From the sequence record MK250029.1: DNA of 32,000 nt. One strand, written 5' to 3'. A model generated the notes under the pieces. That model was given only the letters and a program-made list of their open reading frames with translations. It searched no databases and was not told where the DNA came from. This stretch comes from Prevotella phage Lak-C1. The position numbers and the translations under genes are program-made. Position 1 is the stretch's first letter. Every line of letters starts with the position of its first letter. Shown piece by piece: positions 12,779-22,896 of the stretch.

Positions 12779-13045
12779 ATGACTAAAATTATTTATAATA
12801 TTACAAGTACACATGTAAATCCAGAAATTCCTGGTGACAATATATAGATATGTAATGAAAAACCAGTTAAAGTTGAGAAAATTCCTGGTTGGATGCATAT
12901 AGATCCTATTAATACATAGATAGATTTAGAATCAGTTGCATATCAATTATCTGATTATAAATTTACACCTGGATTTACTGTAACAGTGGATGATTTACTT
13001 CATCCTAAACCATTAGATTATGAAGCAACACCTAAATTTAAATAA
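12779..13045 (+). CDS. Hypothetical 88-aa protein, TAG-recoded
   Basis: ATG 12779, 2 in-frame TAGs, TAA at 13043-13045; MTKIIYNITSTHVNPEIPGDNI(Q)ICNEKPVKVEKIPGWMHIDPINT(Q)IDLES...; terminator directly downstream. Confidence 0.75.
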
Positions 13046-13050
13046 TAAGA

Positions 13051-13083
13051 AAAGAGGAATAACACCATTTGTTATTCCTCTTT
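13051..13083. terminator. Bidirectional intrinsic terminator between convergent genes
   Basis: AAAGAGGAATAAC / GTTATTCCTCTTT 13-bp perfect stem, 7-nt loop, T-rich flanks on both strands. Confidence 0.85.
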
Positions 13084-13087
13084 ATTT

Positions 13088-13369
13088 TTATAGTGACAAA
13101 TTAATATTCATTAAATCAAATAATTTATTTAATTGATCTGTTGTTTGAACTTCTACTGAAGCAACAGTTTCCATATCATCATTTTGAATAATACAATTCC
13201 AATCTCTACCAATCATATTGGTATGACCATTATTAATTGTTATTGTAAATGTATGATTAATAGGACCTACTGTTTTTGTGAAAACATCCATAGATTCAAA
13301 ATCACCAAATCCACTATCATAATCATATTCAAAATTATGAAAGATTAATAAATCTTTTGTTATATCCAT
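13088..13369 (-). CDS. Hypothetical protein (93 aa)
   Basis: ATG-TAA ORF adjacent to shared terminator. Confidence 0.7.
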   Translation of the reverse strand: MDITKDLLIFHNFEYDYDSGFGDFESMDVFTKTVGPINHTFTITINNGHTNMIGRDWNCIIQNDDMETVASVEVQTTDQLNKLFDLMNINLSL

Positions 13370-13399
13370 TTTAAAATATATTTTTAATTAAATATCTTC

Positions 13400-14239
13400 T
13401 TAATATGTATCATCATCCTCATCATCATGACTTGTTAATTTATCATATGAATCCATAATAGCTTGTAATACTTTTTTCCCTTCTGTAATATATTGTTCAT
13501 CATAATGCCAGGATTGACCAGCATTTCTTGAATTACAAAAAGTTCCATTCAATAACGCTAATGTATTAATAAAAGAACACCACTCTATTGTAGCATCTGC
13601 AAATACATCCCAATTTACTACAGAATTATTATAAAATCCCATAGATCTTGGTAATGTAGATAACAAATTCCATGTATACATATTTGGCATATAATCATGA
13701 TATTTGTCATCTTGTAAATCTGCTTCAATCTTAACACGATCATTTACATTATAATCAAATATATTATCATATGTACCTATTTTATGAAGAATTTCTTTCA
13801 TTATATCAATGTCATATGTCATTGCTTTATATATTGAATACTTCTCATATATAACAGTATATTCATTCTGTTCAGTAGGTGCATATCGAGCTTTACTTAT
13901 TGTATCTAATTTTGTAAATAAATCTTTAACTGCATCTGGTTGTTCATCATATTTTTTATACTTATTCCAGTTATATAAAATAATTTCTGTAATTTTGATG
14001 AAATCCATATTAAGTTTACCTTTAAGTATTCTTGTAGTTTCATCTTCATCGTAATCATCAAATACACCATAATCACCCATAGAACCTATAACAGGAATAT
14101 GCATAGGAATTAATGGACTTTCCAAATAACAAGGAATATTTGAAATATTCTTATTTTTCTTACAAATAATAGCTACAGTTGTTTCACCTCGTTTTATAGG
14201 AACTCGTGAAAAAAATCCGGATACACAAAAATCACCCAT
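13400..14239 (-). CDS. Hypothetical protein (279 aa)
   Basis: ATG-TAA ORF. Confidence 0.75.
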   Translation of the reverse strand: MGDFCVSGFFSRVPIKRGETTVAIICKKNKNISNIPCYLESPLIPMHIPVIGSMGDYGVFDDYDEDETTRILKGKLNMDFIKITEIILYNWNKYKKYDEQPDAVKDLFTKLDTISKARYAPTEQNEYTVIYEKYSIYKAMTYDIDIMKEILHKIGTYDNIFDYNVNDRVKIEADLQDDKYHDYMPNMYTWNLLSTLPRSMGFYNNSVVNWDVFADATIEWCSFINTLALLNGTFCNSRNAGQSWHYDEQYITEGKKVLQAIMDSYDKLTSHDDEDDDTY

Positions 14240-14240
14240 T

Positions 14241-14735
14241 TTATCCTATGTTTTTAATATAATTATTTAAAATATCAATCCATTTTTCATTATCTGCAAT
14301 ATTACAGATATATCGTATTGCGCCAGAAAAACAATTTTCCAATGTATTAAAAGATAAATAAGATTCGCCTTCATTAACATGTTTTTCCCATAGCTGGTTT
14401 GCAACAGTGCTTACAGGAATAATAACATATGACCATTCCTTATTTTCTTTACTATATGTTGGTTGAATGATAAAACCCATATATTTTTCAAACCAATCAA
14501 TAACTTCAAAAACAGTAGGTGCTGGAATCCAATTTGCAGATGGATAAGTAATACCCCAATCAGAATTATGTGGTTCCAAATCTCCTGTATGCCATACACG
14601 TTCAGCAGTTGGGTTTTTAGGATCTCCTTTAACTGCTTTAATACCTACAGGTGTCTTTAAATATAAATCTTCAGTATATTCATCAAAACCTAAGTTATTA
14701 AGAATTACTGATAAATTAAAATCAACATGTTTCAT
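14241..14735 (-). CDS. Hypothetical protein (164 aa)
   Basis: ATG-TAA ORF, closely spaced in operon. Confidence 0.75.
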   Translation of the reverse strand: MKHVDFNLSVILNNLGFDEYTEDLYLKTPVGIKAVKGDPKNPTAERVWHTGDLEPHNSDWGITYPSANWIPAPTVFEVIDWFEKYMGFIIQPTYSKENKEWSYVIIPVSTVANQLWEKHVNEGESYLSFNTLENCFSGAIRYICNIADNEKWIDILNNYIKNIG

Positions 14736-14740
14736 TATCT

Positions 14741-15169
14741 TTATAATTTAATATCATCTGAATTTAATAATGTATTTCTCTTATTATCAACAAGAATAAA
14801 CCGTGCATTAATATATAACAGTTCATTCTTTAATTTTTGAACATCTTTTTTAGATGTATTTTCAAATATAATAAATTTATATGACGAAAAATATTCTAAT
14901 AGTTCTTCAAAAATATTTCTTAATTGTAACATATCACCAAAACGTTCAAAATTATTATAATAACGTTCATGTGGAATCGGTTTATTATTACAAATATTTT
15001 CTACCAATTCTATAATTTCATCACATTTTTCAAATAACCTTAATATATCATCTTTTTTATCATTATTATGATATTCTGGTTTCTTTGAATATAAATTCCA
15101 CATATGACTAAATATATAGCGATATATAGAAAATCTATTATTATAAAACGTTAAATCAATTCTTTCCAT
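14741..15169 (-). CDS. Hypothetical protein (142 aa)
   Basis: ATG-TAA ORF just downstream of a TGTATCTTTG promoter motif. Confidence 0.75.
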   Translation of the reverse strand: MERIDLTFYNNRFSIYRYIFSHMWNLYSKKPEYHNNDKKDDILRLFEKCDEIIELVENICNNKPIPHERYYNNFERFGDMLQLRNIFEELLEYFSSYKFIIFENTSKKDVQKLKNELLYINARFILVDNKRNTLLNSDDIKL

Positions 15170-15183
15170 TTATATATTTTATT

Positions 15184-15202
15184 AATACAAAGATACACAT
15201 TT
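15184..15202 (-). promoter_or_regulatory. Bacteroidota-type promoter (-7 TATCTTTG)
   Basis: Minus strand AATGTGTATCTTTGTATTAAT, same 14-nt core as three other sites in the window. Confidence 0.65.
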
Positions 15203-15220
15203 ATTTTTAAATATAAAAAT

Positions 15221-15673
15221 TTAACGTGCACGCATTACTTCAAAATATTGTTCAATTAACTTATTAATTAAAAGTTCATATGTAAATCCATAAGGATTAC
15301 CTGGTCCGAATACTTTCATATCTGTTGGTGATATAGCATATTGTAATTTCGTATCACCTTTTTTTACTTTATCAATATTATCTTTTGTTAGCAGAACATC
15401 ACTTATATAACTAAATAATCGTATAATATAAGATTTAAATACAGGAGATAAAAAAATCTTCGCATATAGATATGGTGTAGATGGTGAATTTAATTTATAT
15501 ACATACGTTTTGCCTGCCCAGTCATCATATGTAAATAACCATTGTAAAGGATATACATCTTCAAATTCTGGTAATATATCTATATTCGAAACTGATTTGG
15601 TTACAATTTCTGGATCTAATTTTGGTTTATTATTATTTAATAATTTATTTAATAGTTTATCTAATATTTTCAT
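15221..15673 (-). CDS. Hypothetical protein (150 aa)
   Basis: ATG-TAA ORF. Confidence 0.75.
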   Translation of the reverse strand: MKILDKLLNKLLNNNKPKLDPEIVTKSVSNIDILPEFEDVYPLQWLFTYDDWAGKTYVYKLNSPSTPYLYAKIFLSPVFKSYIIRLFSYISDVLLTKDNIDKVKKGDTKLQYAISPTDMKVFGPGNPYGFTYELLINKLIEQYFEVMRAR

Positions 15674-15677
15674 ATAA

Positions 15678-16340
15678 TTATTCTATAATTTTTAAATCAT
15701 CTGGTATATAACAATCACTACCTAAATATTTGATATATTCTTTAACTGGTTTCTTTACTTTTTTCCAATATGGTAATTTATCATCTTTACTTTGATAATA
15801 GATATAACTATCAAAATATGTTATTTCCTCTATTTTACCATCATGTTCAACTTTACATGTTTTATAATTATCTTCATCGAAATAGCTTGCAAGATCCATC
15901 CATACCAATAAATCTTCTAATATCATTATTGAAAATGGCATAGTAATATATGTTGTATTCGTTGTTTTCTTTTCGTATATAATATTCCCATTATTATCTT
16001 TCAATACTGTTAATCCTTTATAATCACCAGTAATTTGCCAATTCGGATTATCAATAAAATATTGTAATAGAAATTCTAATGGTTTTCTTTCTTCAGGAAT
16101 TATAGAATAATCTATTGATAAATTATATTCACCAAATTTTAAATTATCTGCTATGCATTGTCTTACATCAATTACTAAACGTTTTCTTTGTTCTTTATTA
16201 AAATTATCAAATTCATATTTTGCTATATTTAATGCATGTTGGTGTGCAGCAATAGTATGTCTACCTATTGCATATCTATATGACATCCATACTAAATCTT
16301 CATGATATGCATTTAAATATTCGTCTTTCTATTTTTTCAT
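15678..16340 (-). CDS. Hypothetical protein (220 aa), start extended through one TAG
   Basis: Track ORF begins at 16286 but frame extends through a TAG to ATG at 16340: MKK(Q)KDEYLNAYHEDLVWMSYRYAIGRHT... Confidence 0.65.
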
Positions 16341-16350
16341 ATAAAATAAA

Positions 16351-16388
16351 AAAGTCTGTTTATATTTTATACAATATAAACAGACTTT
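16351..16388 (-). terminator. Intrinsic terminator after clpP operon
   Basis: 16-bp perfect stem AAAGTCTGTTTATATT/AATATAAACAGACTTT, 6-nt loop, T-rich minus-strand tail. Confidence 0.85.
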
Positions 16389-16395
16389 AGTTTTA

Positions 16396-17085
16396 TTATT
16401 TACTAGTTAATATCTTATCAATCATACCTTTTGTTCCATATGATTTAGCCTCTTCTGAACTCATCCAAAAATCTCTATCAGCATCTTTTTTAATTCGTGA
16501 AAGTGTTTGTCCTGAATGCGTAGATATAATATCATATAATTCATTCTTAAGTCTATTAACTTCTTTGCATGTAATCTCTATATCACTAGCTTGCGTATGT
16601 GGTCCTGTAGACGACATTGGTTGATGGATCATCACACGTGAATGTTTCAATGCGCATCGCTTTCCTTCTGCACCTGCACATAACAAGATACTCGCCATAC
16701 TTGCAGCCATTCCAGCACAAATAGTTGAAACATCTGGTCGTATAAGTTGCATAGTATCATAAATCTCAAGTCCTGAATAAACATCACCACCAGGAGAATT
16801 TATATACAGATATATATCTGCCTTTTTATCTGTTGTGTCAAGATATAACAGTTGAGATGCAATAATATTTGCACTATCTGGTGTTACTGGATTACCAAGA
16901 AAAATAATTCTATCCATCATTAATCTTGAAAAAACATCCATCTGTGAAACATTCAGTTGCCGCTCTTCAAGAATTGTAGGATTCTGATACCCATTATAAA
17001 CACCAGATTTATTAATATAATCATGTAAGTATAAACTACTTACACCATGTGAAATCATAAACTTTTCAAAATCTGTTTTTACCAT
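16396..17085 (-). CDS. clpP: ATP-dependent Clp protease proteolytic subunit-like serine protease
   Basis: YINSPGGDVYSGLEIYDTMQ, GMAASMASILLCAG (Ser), SRVMIHQP (His), DRDFWMSSEEAKSYGTKGMID (Asp). Confidence 0.93.
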   Translation of the reverse strand: MVKTDFEKFMISHGVSSLYLHDYINKSGVYNGYQNPTILEERQLNVSQMDVFSRLMMDRIIFLGNPVTPDSANIIASQLLYLDTTDKKADIYLYINSPGGDVYSGLEIYDTMQLIRPDVSTICAGMAASMASILLCAGAEGKRCALKHSRVMIHQPMSSTGPHTQASDIEITCKEVNRLKNELYDIISTHSGQTLSRIKKDADRDFWMSSEEAKSYGTKGMIDKILTSK

Positions 17086-17576
17086 ATATTTTTATATTTC
17101 TTTCTATAACAATTTTTCAATAATGATGTTACGTGAATATTAGGATAATCACAATGATTATTAGGATTTGTTTCTGTATATATATCAGGATAAGAATCTA
17201 ATATAAATTTAACAACACCTTGTGACCTTGAAATTCCTGCTGAACAATGAACATAAATATCTTTACCTAAATTTCTTTCTATGAAATTAAATAATTCATA
17301 TGCTTGTTCATCTGATAAACCTTTAATTGATTTAGCATACTCAGCTTCCTCTTCTGAAATATCATTTCCATATGCATATGTTAAATCATAATCAGTAATA
17401 TCATAGAAATCTAAATTAATAACATTTTCTGCTGAATTAAATATATGATATTCATCTGAAACATTTGGTTCACATATAGAAATTATAGCTACATTATTTG
17501 GTAAAGTGCGATTATTCCAATTATTCTTTTCCATTAATTTTTTAAATCCATTAAAGGATTCACACCATATCTTCAT
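17079..17576 (-). CDS. Dual-specificity/tyrosine phosphatase-like protein
   Basis: HCSAGISRSQGVVKFI matches the HCxxGxSR P-loop; overlaps clpP start. Confidence 0.8.
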   Translation of the reverse strand: MKIWCESFNGFKKLMEKNNWNNRTLPNNVAIISICEPNVSDEYHIFNSAENVINLDFYDITDYDLTYAYGNDISEEEAEYAKSIKGLSDEQAYELFNFIERNLGKDIYVHCSAGISRSQGVVKFILDSYPDIYTETNPNNHCDYPNIHVTSLLKNCYRKKYKNIW

Positions 17577-18180
17577 ACTTTTTTATTTCCTTTTCAATTA
17601 AATTACATTCATCCTGATATTTCTTTACAGTTTCTAATATATTATTAATCTGCTTTTTCTTTTTATCTAATTTCTGATTCAAATGTCTAATAATAAGTTT
17701 TTTAATATCTACATAATCAGCAAAAATATTTAAAACTGCATTTCTAAATTGAATTGCACACTGTGAAATTTCAGATATTTTTGTGTCTGTAATATCACAA
17801 GCAAATATATATGGTAACTTATCATTTAATTCATCACATGTTGACATAAATTTAGATATACAACATGATAATGCTAAATGTAACATAGAAGGTTCATATG
17901 TTTTTGGTTCATTATCATCTTTATTTGAATCATCTATAATATCATCAAAGAAATCATTAAGCTGATAAAAAATATCTAAACATAAATCTTCTGAATCATA
18001 TATATAATCTCCTAATGTTATATTATAATCCATATAATAATCAGGAATATTTGTTAATATATCACAGTTATAACTACCAAATATATCTAATAAAATTTTT
18101 GGATACCTTTCAGTTCCTTCTGTTTTACATAAATCGGAAAACTGTTTATATAAAGTTTTTAAATCATCATAACTTACCAT
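17560..18180 (-). CDS. Hypothetical protein (206 aa)
   Basis: ATG ORF overlapping downstream gene; Lys/Glu-rich C-terminal helix. Confidence 0.75.
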   Translation of the reverse strand: MVSYDDLKTLYKQFSDLCKTEGTERYPKILLDIFGSYNCDILTNIPDYYMDYNITLGDYIYDSEDLCLDIFYQLNDFFDDIIDDSNKDDNEPKTYEPSMLHLALSCCISKFMSTCDELNDKLPYIFACDITDTKISEISQCAIQFRNAVLNIFADYVDIKKLIIRHLNQKLDKKKKQINNILETVKKYQDECNLIEKEIKKYEDMV

Positions 18181-18183
18181 AAT

Positions 18184-18879
18184 TTACTTCAATTTATCTT
18201 TAAGATTAATTAATGTATTATTTACATTCATTGTAAAATGAAAAATTGCTTCTTTTGCACATTTATTAATATAATTATACAAATCAGTTTTTGTAATAAA
18301 ATCCATAGATTCTTCTGAATTCATCCATGACTTTGTAATAACTGCATCATGATTGCTTATAAATTTATATTCAATATGATCCCAATTATCACCGCATAAT
18401 CTGAACTCATCATAATTTATCCACACTCTATTCATTTTAATATCTACTGACTTTAACATGATATATGTTTCATCAAAATCAAAATAGTTATCATCATATG
18501 AATTATCACCTTGTGTTATATTCTGATAAAAGATACAATTAACATCTCTTATTACTTTACCAGTATCAATATAATTATGAAGAATATAATCTCTTAATTC
18601 TATATTGTACTTTGATGAAAAATCAGTAACAGGACATTCATTTGCAATATACTCTAAACGATATAATGGTATATATCTAATATCTTCATTATTCACATTC
18701 AAATAACGTCGTTTTACTAGTTTAAATGTATATGTATTTTTACCTATCTGAATTGTTACTTCTTCTTTTGCACAAAAATCTTGATATGTATGTAATTTAT
18801 TAAGTAGTAACTTTATATAATTAGTTACCATTTCATTTCCAAGATTATCTATAGGAATTTCATAATATTCGTATTTCAT
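18184..18879 (-). CDS. Hypothetical protein (231 aa)
   Basis: ATG-TAA ORF. Confidence 0.75.
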   Translation of the reverse strand: MKYEYYEIPIDNLGNEMVTNYIKLLLNKLHTYQDFCAKEEVTIQIGKNTYTFKLVKRRYLNVNNEDIRYIPLYRLEYIANECPVTDFSSKYNIELRDYILHNYIDTGKVIRDVNCIFYQNITQGDNSYDDNYFDFDETYIMLKSVDIKMNRVWINYDEFRLCGDNWDHIEYKFISNHDAVITKSWMNSEESMDFITKTDLYNYINKCAKEAIFHFTMNVNNTLINLKDKLK

Positions 18880-18910
18880 ATAACTAACTTAATTTAATAA
18901 TTAAACAAAA

Positions 18911-18948
18911 ATAGAGATTAAGAATTTATAAACAATCTTAATCTCTAT
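18911..18948 (-). terminator. Hairpin/intrinsic terminator
   Basis: 13-bp perfect stem ATAGAGATTAAGA/TCTTAATCTCTAT, 12-nt loop. Confidence 0.65.
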
Positions 18949-18956
18949 ATAATTCT

Positions 18957-19160
18957 TTACTTATTACTTGATGAACGAATAGGAAATAGTAATCGCGAAA
19001 TAGCCATCAAACACATTGCATGAATGTATGTAATCTTTGGAAGACCAAAAACAAATGGCATTACATAATTCCAGCAAAACATAAAAAAGATCGCACCAAT
19101 TATAATACAAATAATTGAAATAATTACGATTCCTACAAGTTCAAATAAATGTTCCTTCAT
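18957..19160 (-). CDS. Small membrane protein (67 aa)
   Basis: LVGIVIISIICIIIGAIFFMFCWNYVMPFVFG hydrophobic segment. Confidence 0.7.
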   Translation of the reverse strand: MKEHLFELVGIVIISIICIIIGAIFFMFCWNYVMPFVFGLPKITYIHAMCLMAISRLLFPIRSSSNK

Positions 19161-19268
19161 ATTACTTATTATTTTTGTTTATTATTTGTTTTATTACTTA
19201 ATAAACAATATAAAATAGAGGATATAATTTCTCTTTTATATCGTTTTTTAGCATATCTACCTTTTGAT

Positions 19269-19505
19269 TTAACTAAGGTCTCTTGTTTCATTTTTCTCAT
19301 TGTTGTAATAATTTATTAAATCAGCTTTCATTTCTTTACGAAACTGAGTATCTCTCTTTCTATTTCTAATTACTCGATCTTCTGCAATTTCACAATTATA
19401 ACGTCTCCATTTATTTAAAATAGAACGTTTATACTTAGGTTTAATTTTACCTTTATTGTCATGCATATAATCATACGCTGCTTGTTCTTTAAAATTATTA
19501 CTCAT
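19269..19505 (-). CDS. Small basic protein (78 aa)
   Basis: ATG-TAA ORF; KYKRSILNKWRRYNCEIAEDRVIRNRKRDTQFRKEMK. Confidence 0.65.
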   Translation of the reverse strand: MSNNFKEQAAYDYMHDNKGKIKPKYKRSILNKWRRYNCEIAEDRVIRNRKRDTQFRKEMKADLINYYNNEKNETRDLS

Positions 19506-19546
19506 TGTATTTATATATAATTTTAGTAATGTCAGAAAAAGAAAAA

Positions 19547-19616
19547 ATTAAACTTCATAAATTTGCGTTTCAAAAATTTGCTGCTACTTACCAAATCTAC
19601 AAATATGAAGTTTAAT
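19547..19616 (-). terminator. 3' terminal stem of ncRNA A followed by T-run
   Basis: 13-bp stem ATTAAACTTCATA/TATGAAGTTTAAT enclosing a smaller structure, then TTTTTTC on minus strand. Confidence 0.6.
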
Positions 19617-20423
19617 CATTTGTATTAATCTATACTGCAGAAAAATTATTATAGTATAAGTTTCATTGCAATTGAACTTTACAACTATAGTGATAATCCA
19701 CTTATACCTTCTTTTACTCTAAAGACTTTTATATGCAACTTCGACATATGTAATTTATCTACATACCGTTTACATTAAAGTCACTTTATTTCATCATGCT
19801 TTTATAACCATATTCACAACCCTCTGTATATCACCGATTCATTTCTTTTCATATAGAAATCAGGGTCTTTAAGCCTCACTGTCATTGGCTATAACTATTA
19901 TCCTCAAGCACTACCAGATAAAGTCCTTTTGTTTTTATGGTGCATCTCTCATGCCTCCTTTTATCATAAAACAAACAAAACTAGTAAGACAAATAACGTT
20001 TCTTACAACTCCTACGAATTTAACTCCAAAATTAAGATACATCTCTTAATATTAAGTTGGACACTTAAATTAAGTGGATAAAGTTGTACGACTTGAAAAT
20101 ATAATCACCAAAAGAATAATAATATTTTCTCAGACTTTATCATAAACGATTCACTAAATTCTTTTATGGAACTTATTTCTAATTAAATGAGGACTCATTT
20201 AAAATAGGTTCTCCCGAAACATGCGGTTTATCCATACTCATTTAAAACTTTAAATAAGCGTTGTTTATAGCACTCATCAGAATTTATTATGTATTAACAT
20301 TTATAACACATCATTTGTATTTAATTATTCTATATAACTTATATAGATATAAACACAAATTGTTTAATAATCTAATAAACAAAATTATTAATATTATGTT
20401 ATCTTAATGTTAATTAAGAAAAA

Positions 20424-20435
20424 ATTTCAAAGAAC
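20424..20435 (-). promoter_or_regulatory. boxA-like element in ncRNA A leader
   Basis: GTTCTTTGAAAT on minus strand; identical 12-mer at 26490-26501. Confidence 0.4.
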
Positions 20436-20452
20436 ACTTTGTTTTTAATAAC

Positions 20453-20470
20453 AATACAAAGATACACATT
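20453..20470 (-). promoter_or_regulatory. Bacteroidota-type promoter driving ncRNA A
   Basis: Minus strand AATGTGTATCTTTGTATT. Confidence 0.65.
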
Positions 20471-20513
20471 ATTTTTGAATTAAAAAAATATATTGAAGAA
20501 AAAATTAATATTT

Positions 20514-21341
20514 TTATTGAACCCATGCAGATGCATATCCATTTTCTACTTTTATAATAAGGACTTCACCATTCAACCATGTATGTTCAAGATCATAACC
20601 TTCATCTTCACTTTGCATATCTTTATACTTAGTAAGAATAAAGTTTGTAATCTCTTCAATACTTCCCTTATGATATTCAGATGTATTCAATAATTTCAAA
20701 TAATCAACATACTCTCTTGCATTCTTCATACAAGAATCAATATCCTTAAAACATGTAGTATCTATATATTCATTATTTCTATTAATAATAGATGCAACAA
20801 CACCATTAGCTAACAATTTAGAGATATTAGTAATATCCTCAAGTTTTTCGAGTTTTTCAAATTCATATTTTAACATATGTTCTGAATCACTATCTCTATA
20901 ACGTTTAATATTAAGAGTTACTGAATTCCACGTATCTACCCATGTTTTAATTGCATCTTCAATATATCCACCAAAATCATTATCACCAAATTCAAAGGTA
21001 ATCATAAAGTTCTTATCAATAATATTATTATCACTAAGTTCATATGGATCACCTTTAAATTTATGTCCTTGATATAAACCATCCAAATAAGCAGTTGATA
21101 TAAGATTATTAATATCTGACATTAAAGAAGGCATGAATGTTTCTTTTTTATCTTCTGATATATCATCAAATACAATAGATGTATCAATAATAGCTTCTAT
21201 ATGCTTCTTATTATCTTTGATATATTGATTTGCTAAATCAACAAACTTCTTTCCGTATACATCAATATTCATCTTATTTACTCCTTCTGCTAAAGTTTCA
21301 TTAAGATTTTCTAATTCTTTCTTTATATCTACTTTTTCCAT
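20514..21341 (-). CDS. Hypothetical protein (275 aa)
   Basis: ATG-TAA ORF. Confidence 0.8.
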   Translation of the reverse strand: MEKVDIKKELENLNETLAEGVNKMNIDVYGKKFVDLANQYIKDNKKHIEAIIDTSIVFDDISEDKKETFMPSLMSDINNLISTAYLDGLYQGHKFKGDPYELSDNNIIDKNFMITFEFGDNDFGGYIEDAIKTWVDTWNSVTLNIKRYRDSDSEHMLKYEFEKLEKLEDITNISKLLANGVVASIINRNNEYIDTTCFKDIDSCMKNAREYVDYLKLLNTSEYHKGSIEEITNFILTKYKDMQSEDEGYDLEHTWLNGEVLIIKVENGYASAWVQ

Positions 21342-21360
21342 AATAAATTTTATTTAAATA

Positions 21361-22296
21361 TTACATTGATCCATCATTTGGCTGCAAACACATAATACCA
21401 TGTTCTCTCCACATTTTTACTACTTTTGAAGAATCTTCCAAAACAAATAATACATTATAATATGGTTCAATAAATGTTTTATATAGGTTATACTTACAAT
21501 CTGGACCCTTTGTAAAATTCTTGTATGGTCTCATCATAACCATATCTACATCACCATCCAAATTATTTTTTAACCATGTTTCAGTTGCTTTTCGTATATC
21601 AGGTGTATCTTCTCTACCTGTTAAAATAATAACTTTTACATTATCATCTTTAATATACTTATTAACTAACTTACAAATTTGTTCACATGGTACATCATTT
21701 GTCATTGTATCAGAAGCACCATTACCATAAAATGGTCTACCTTGTAAATTAAAACAAAGTGTTGCATCCATATCTACAAGAATACAATCTTTCTTATCCT
21801 TATCATATGGAACAAAACTGTTATATTGCTTCTTATTAAGCTCTGTTGCTATAAAATTTCTATATTGTCTATATGTTCTCTTAATAACAGATTCTCCAAT
21901 TGGATTTGTTCTCATTGAATCTCGCCTAATACACTCTTCAACTGAAACATCAAAGAAATCTTTAAATACAAGTTCATATTGATATTTAGTATGTGTATTA
22001 TTATAATTATCAATTCTATCCTGCATTTCTTTCCATCCCTTTGGATTAAGGTTCATATTATCCATAATAATATTTAAACCATTTTCCATTGATGATTTAA
22101 AAAATGCATCAGTCATTTCTTTAATAATGTTTAATTTTTCTCTTTTCTCTACCCAATACTGTCCAAACATATTTCTAAGAGAATCCCAATTAATTCTAAT
22201 TCGTTCTGTTGGTTTTTCCTTTGCCCATTGTTCTGCATAAGTTGACTTTCCAGAAGCTTGAATTCCCCTTGTTAATATAATTTCTCTTTTTTCCAT
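21361..22296 (-). CDS. pseT: Polynucleotide kinase/3'-phosphatase, T4 PseT-like
   Basis: GIQASGKSTYAEQW P-loop; CILVDMDATL phosphatase motif; VVKMWREHGIMCLQP matches T4 PNK C-terminus pattern. Confidence 0.85.
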   Translation of the reverse strand: MEKREIILTRGIQASGKSTYAEQWAKEKPTERIRINWDSLRNMFGQYWVEKREKLNIIKEMTDAFFKSSMENGLNIIMDNMNLNPKGWKEMQDRIDNYNNTHTKYQYELVFKDFFDVSVEECIRRDSMRTNPIGESVIKRTYRQYRNFIATELNKKQYNSFVPYDKDKKDCILVDMDATLCFNLQGRPFYGNGASDTMTNDVPCEQICKLVNKYIKDDNVKVIILTGREDTPDIRKATETWLKNNLDGDVDMVMMRPYKNFTKGPDCKYNLYKTFIEPYYNVLFVLEDSSKVVKMWREHGIMCLQPNDGSM

Positions 22297-22314
22297 TATT
22301 CTTTTTATTTCTAT

Positions 22315-22854
22315 TTAAAATTCATAACCAATACCAATATACCAATTGTATTTTGTATATGTACCTTGGATATTTACATGATTAATATTAAATACTACAG
22401 CGACACCATAATCAAGTCCTTCTACTTTTTCATCGATATTAAACTTATTATGAATACCATTACGGTCACAACTCCAATTATAACCATCTGTTGTACCAGT
22501 TGCATCATATGCATAACCTACCATAGGAATAATTCGCAACCAATTAGTTACAGGAACCTGATAACCAAGATGACATGTTATCGCTTTATCATCATCCCAA
22601 ACATCTACATCTACATCACTTCCATGTGTATTAGGCCAACCGCCAAAATCAGCATATACACCTTTAATAGTTGTACTTACCAAAAATTCCTGTAAACCAA
22701 GGTCCTGTGAGCAACCAATACCTCCAAAATGTATAGCCATATTAAATGTATTATTTGCCTTCTTAAATACATCTTTATATGAATTCTGTGCCATAACATT
22801 ATTAACACATACAAATGAAAGCAATACAGTCAGCATTATAATAATTTTCTTCAT
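22315..22854 (-). CDS. Outer-membrane beta-barrel-like secreted protein (179 aa)
   Basis: Signal peptide MKKIIIMLTVLLSFVCVNNVMAQ; alternating beta pattern; C-terminal YIGIGYEF (terminal Phe). Confidence 0.65.
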   Translation of the reverse strand: MKKIIIMLTVLLSFVCVNNVMAQNSYKDVFKKANNTFNMAIHFGGIGCSQDLGLQEFLVSTTIKGVYADFGGWPNTHGSDVDVDVWDDDKAITCHLGYQVPVTNWLRIIPMVGYAYDATGTTDGYNWSCDRNGIHNKFNIDEKVEGLDYGVAVVFNINHVNIQGTYTKYNWYIGIGYEF

Positions 22855-22896
22855 AATTTTTATTTTTAATAATTAAACTTATTGTTCTTTATTTAC

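Larger units (their letters stand above)
19541..20450 (-). ncRNA. Candidate large structured noncoding RNA A (~0.9 kb)
   Basis: No convincing ORF even with TAG read through; promoter motif immediately upstream, strong terminal stem plus T6 at the downstream end, boxA-like GTTCTTTGAAAT, several internal complementary segments. Confidence 0.6.
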
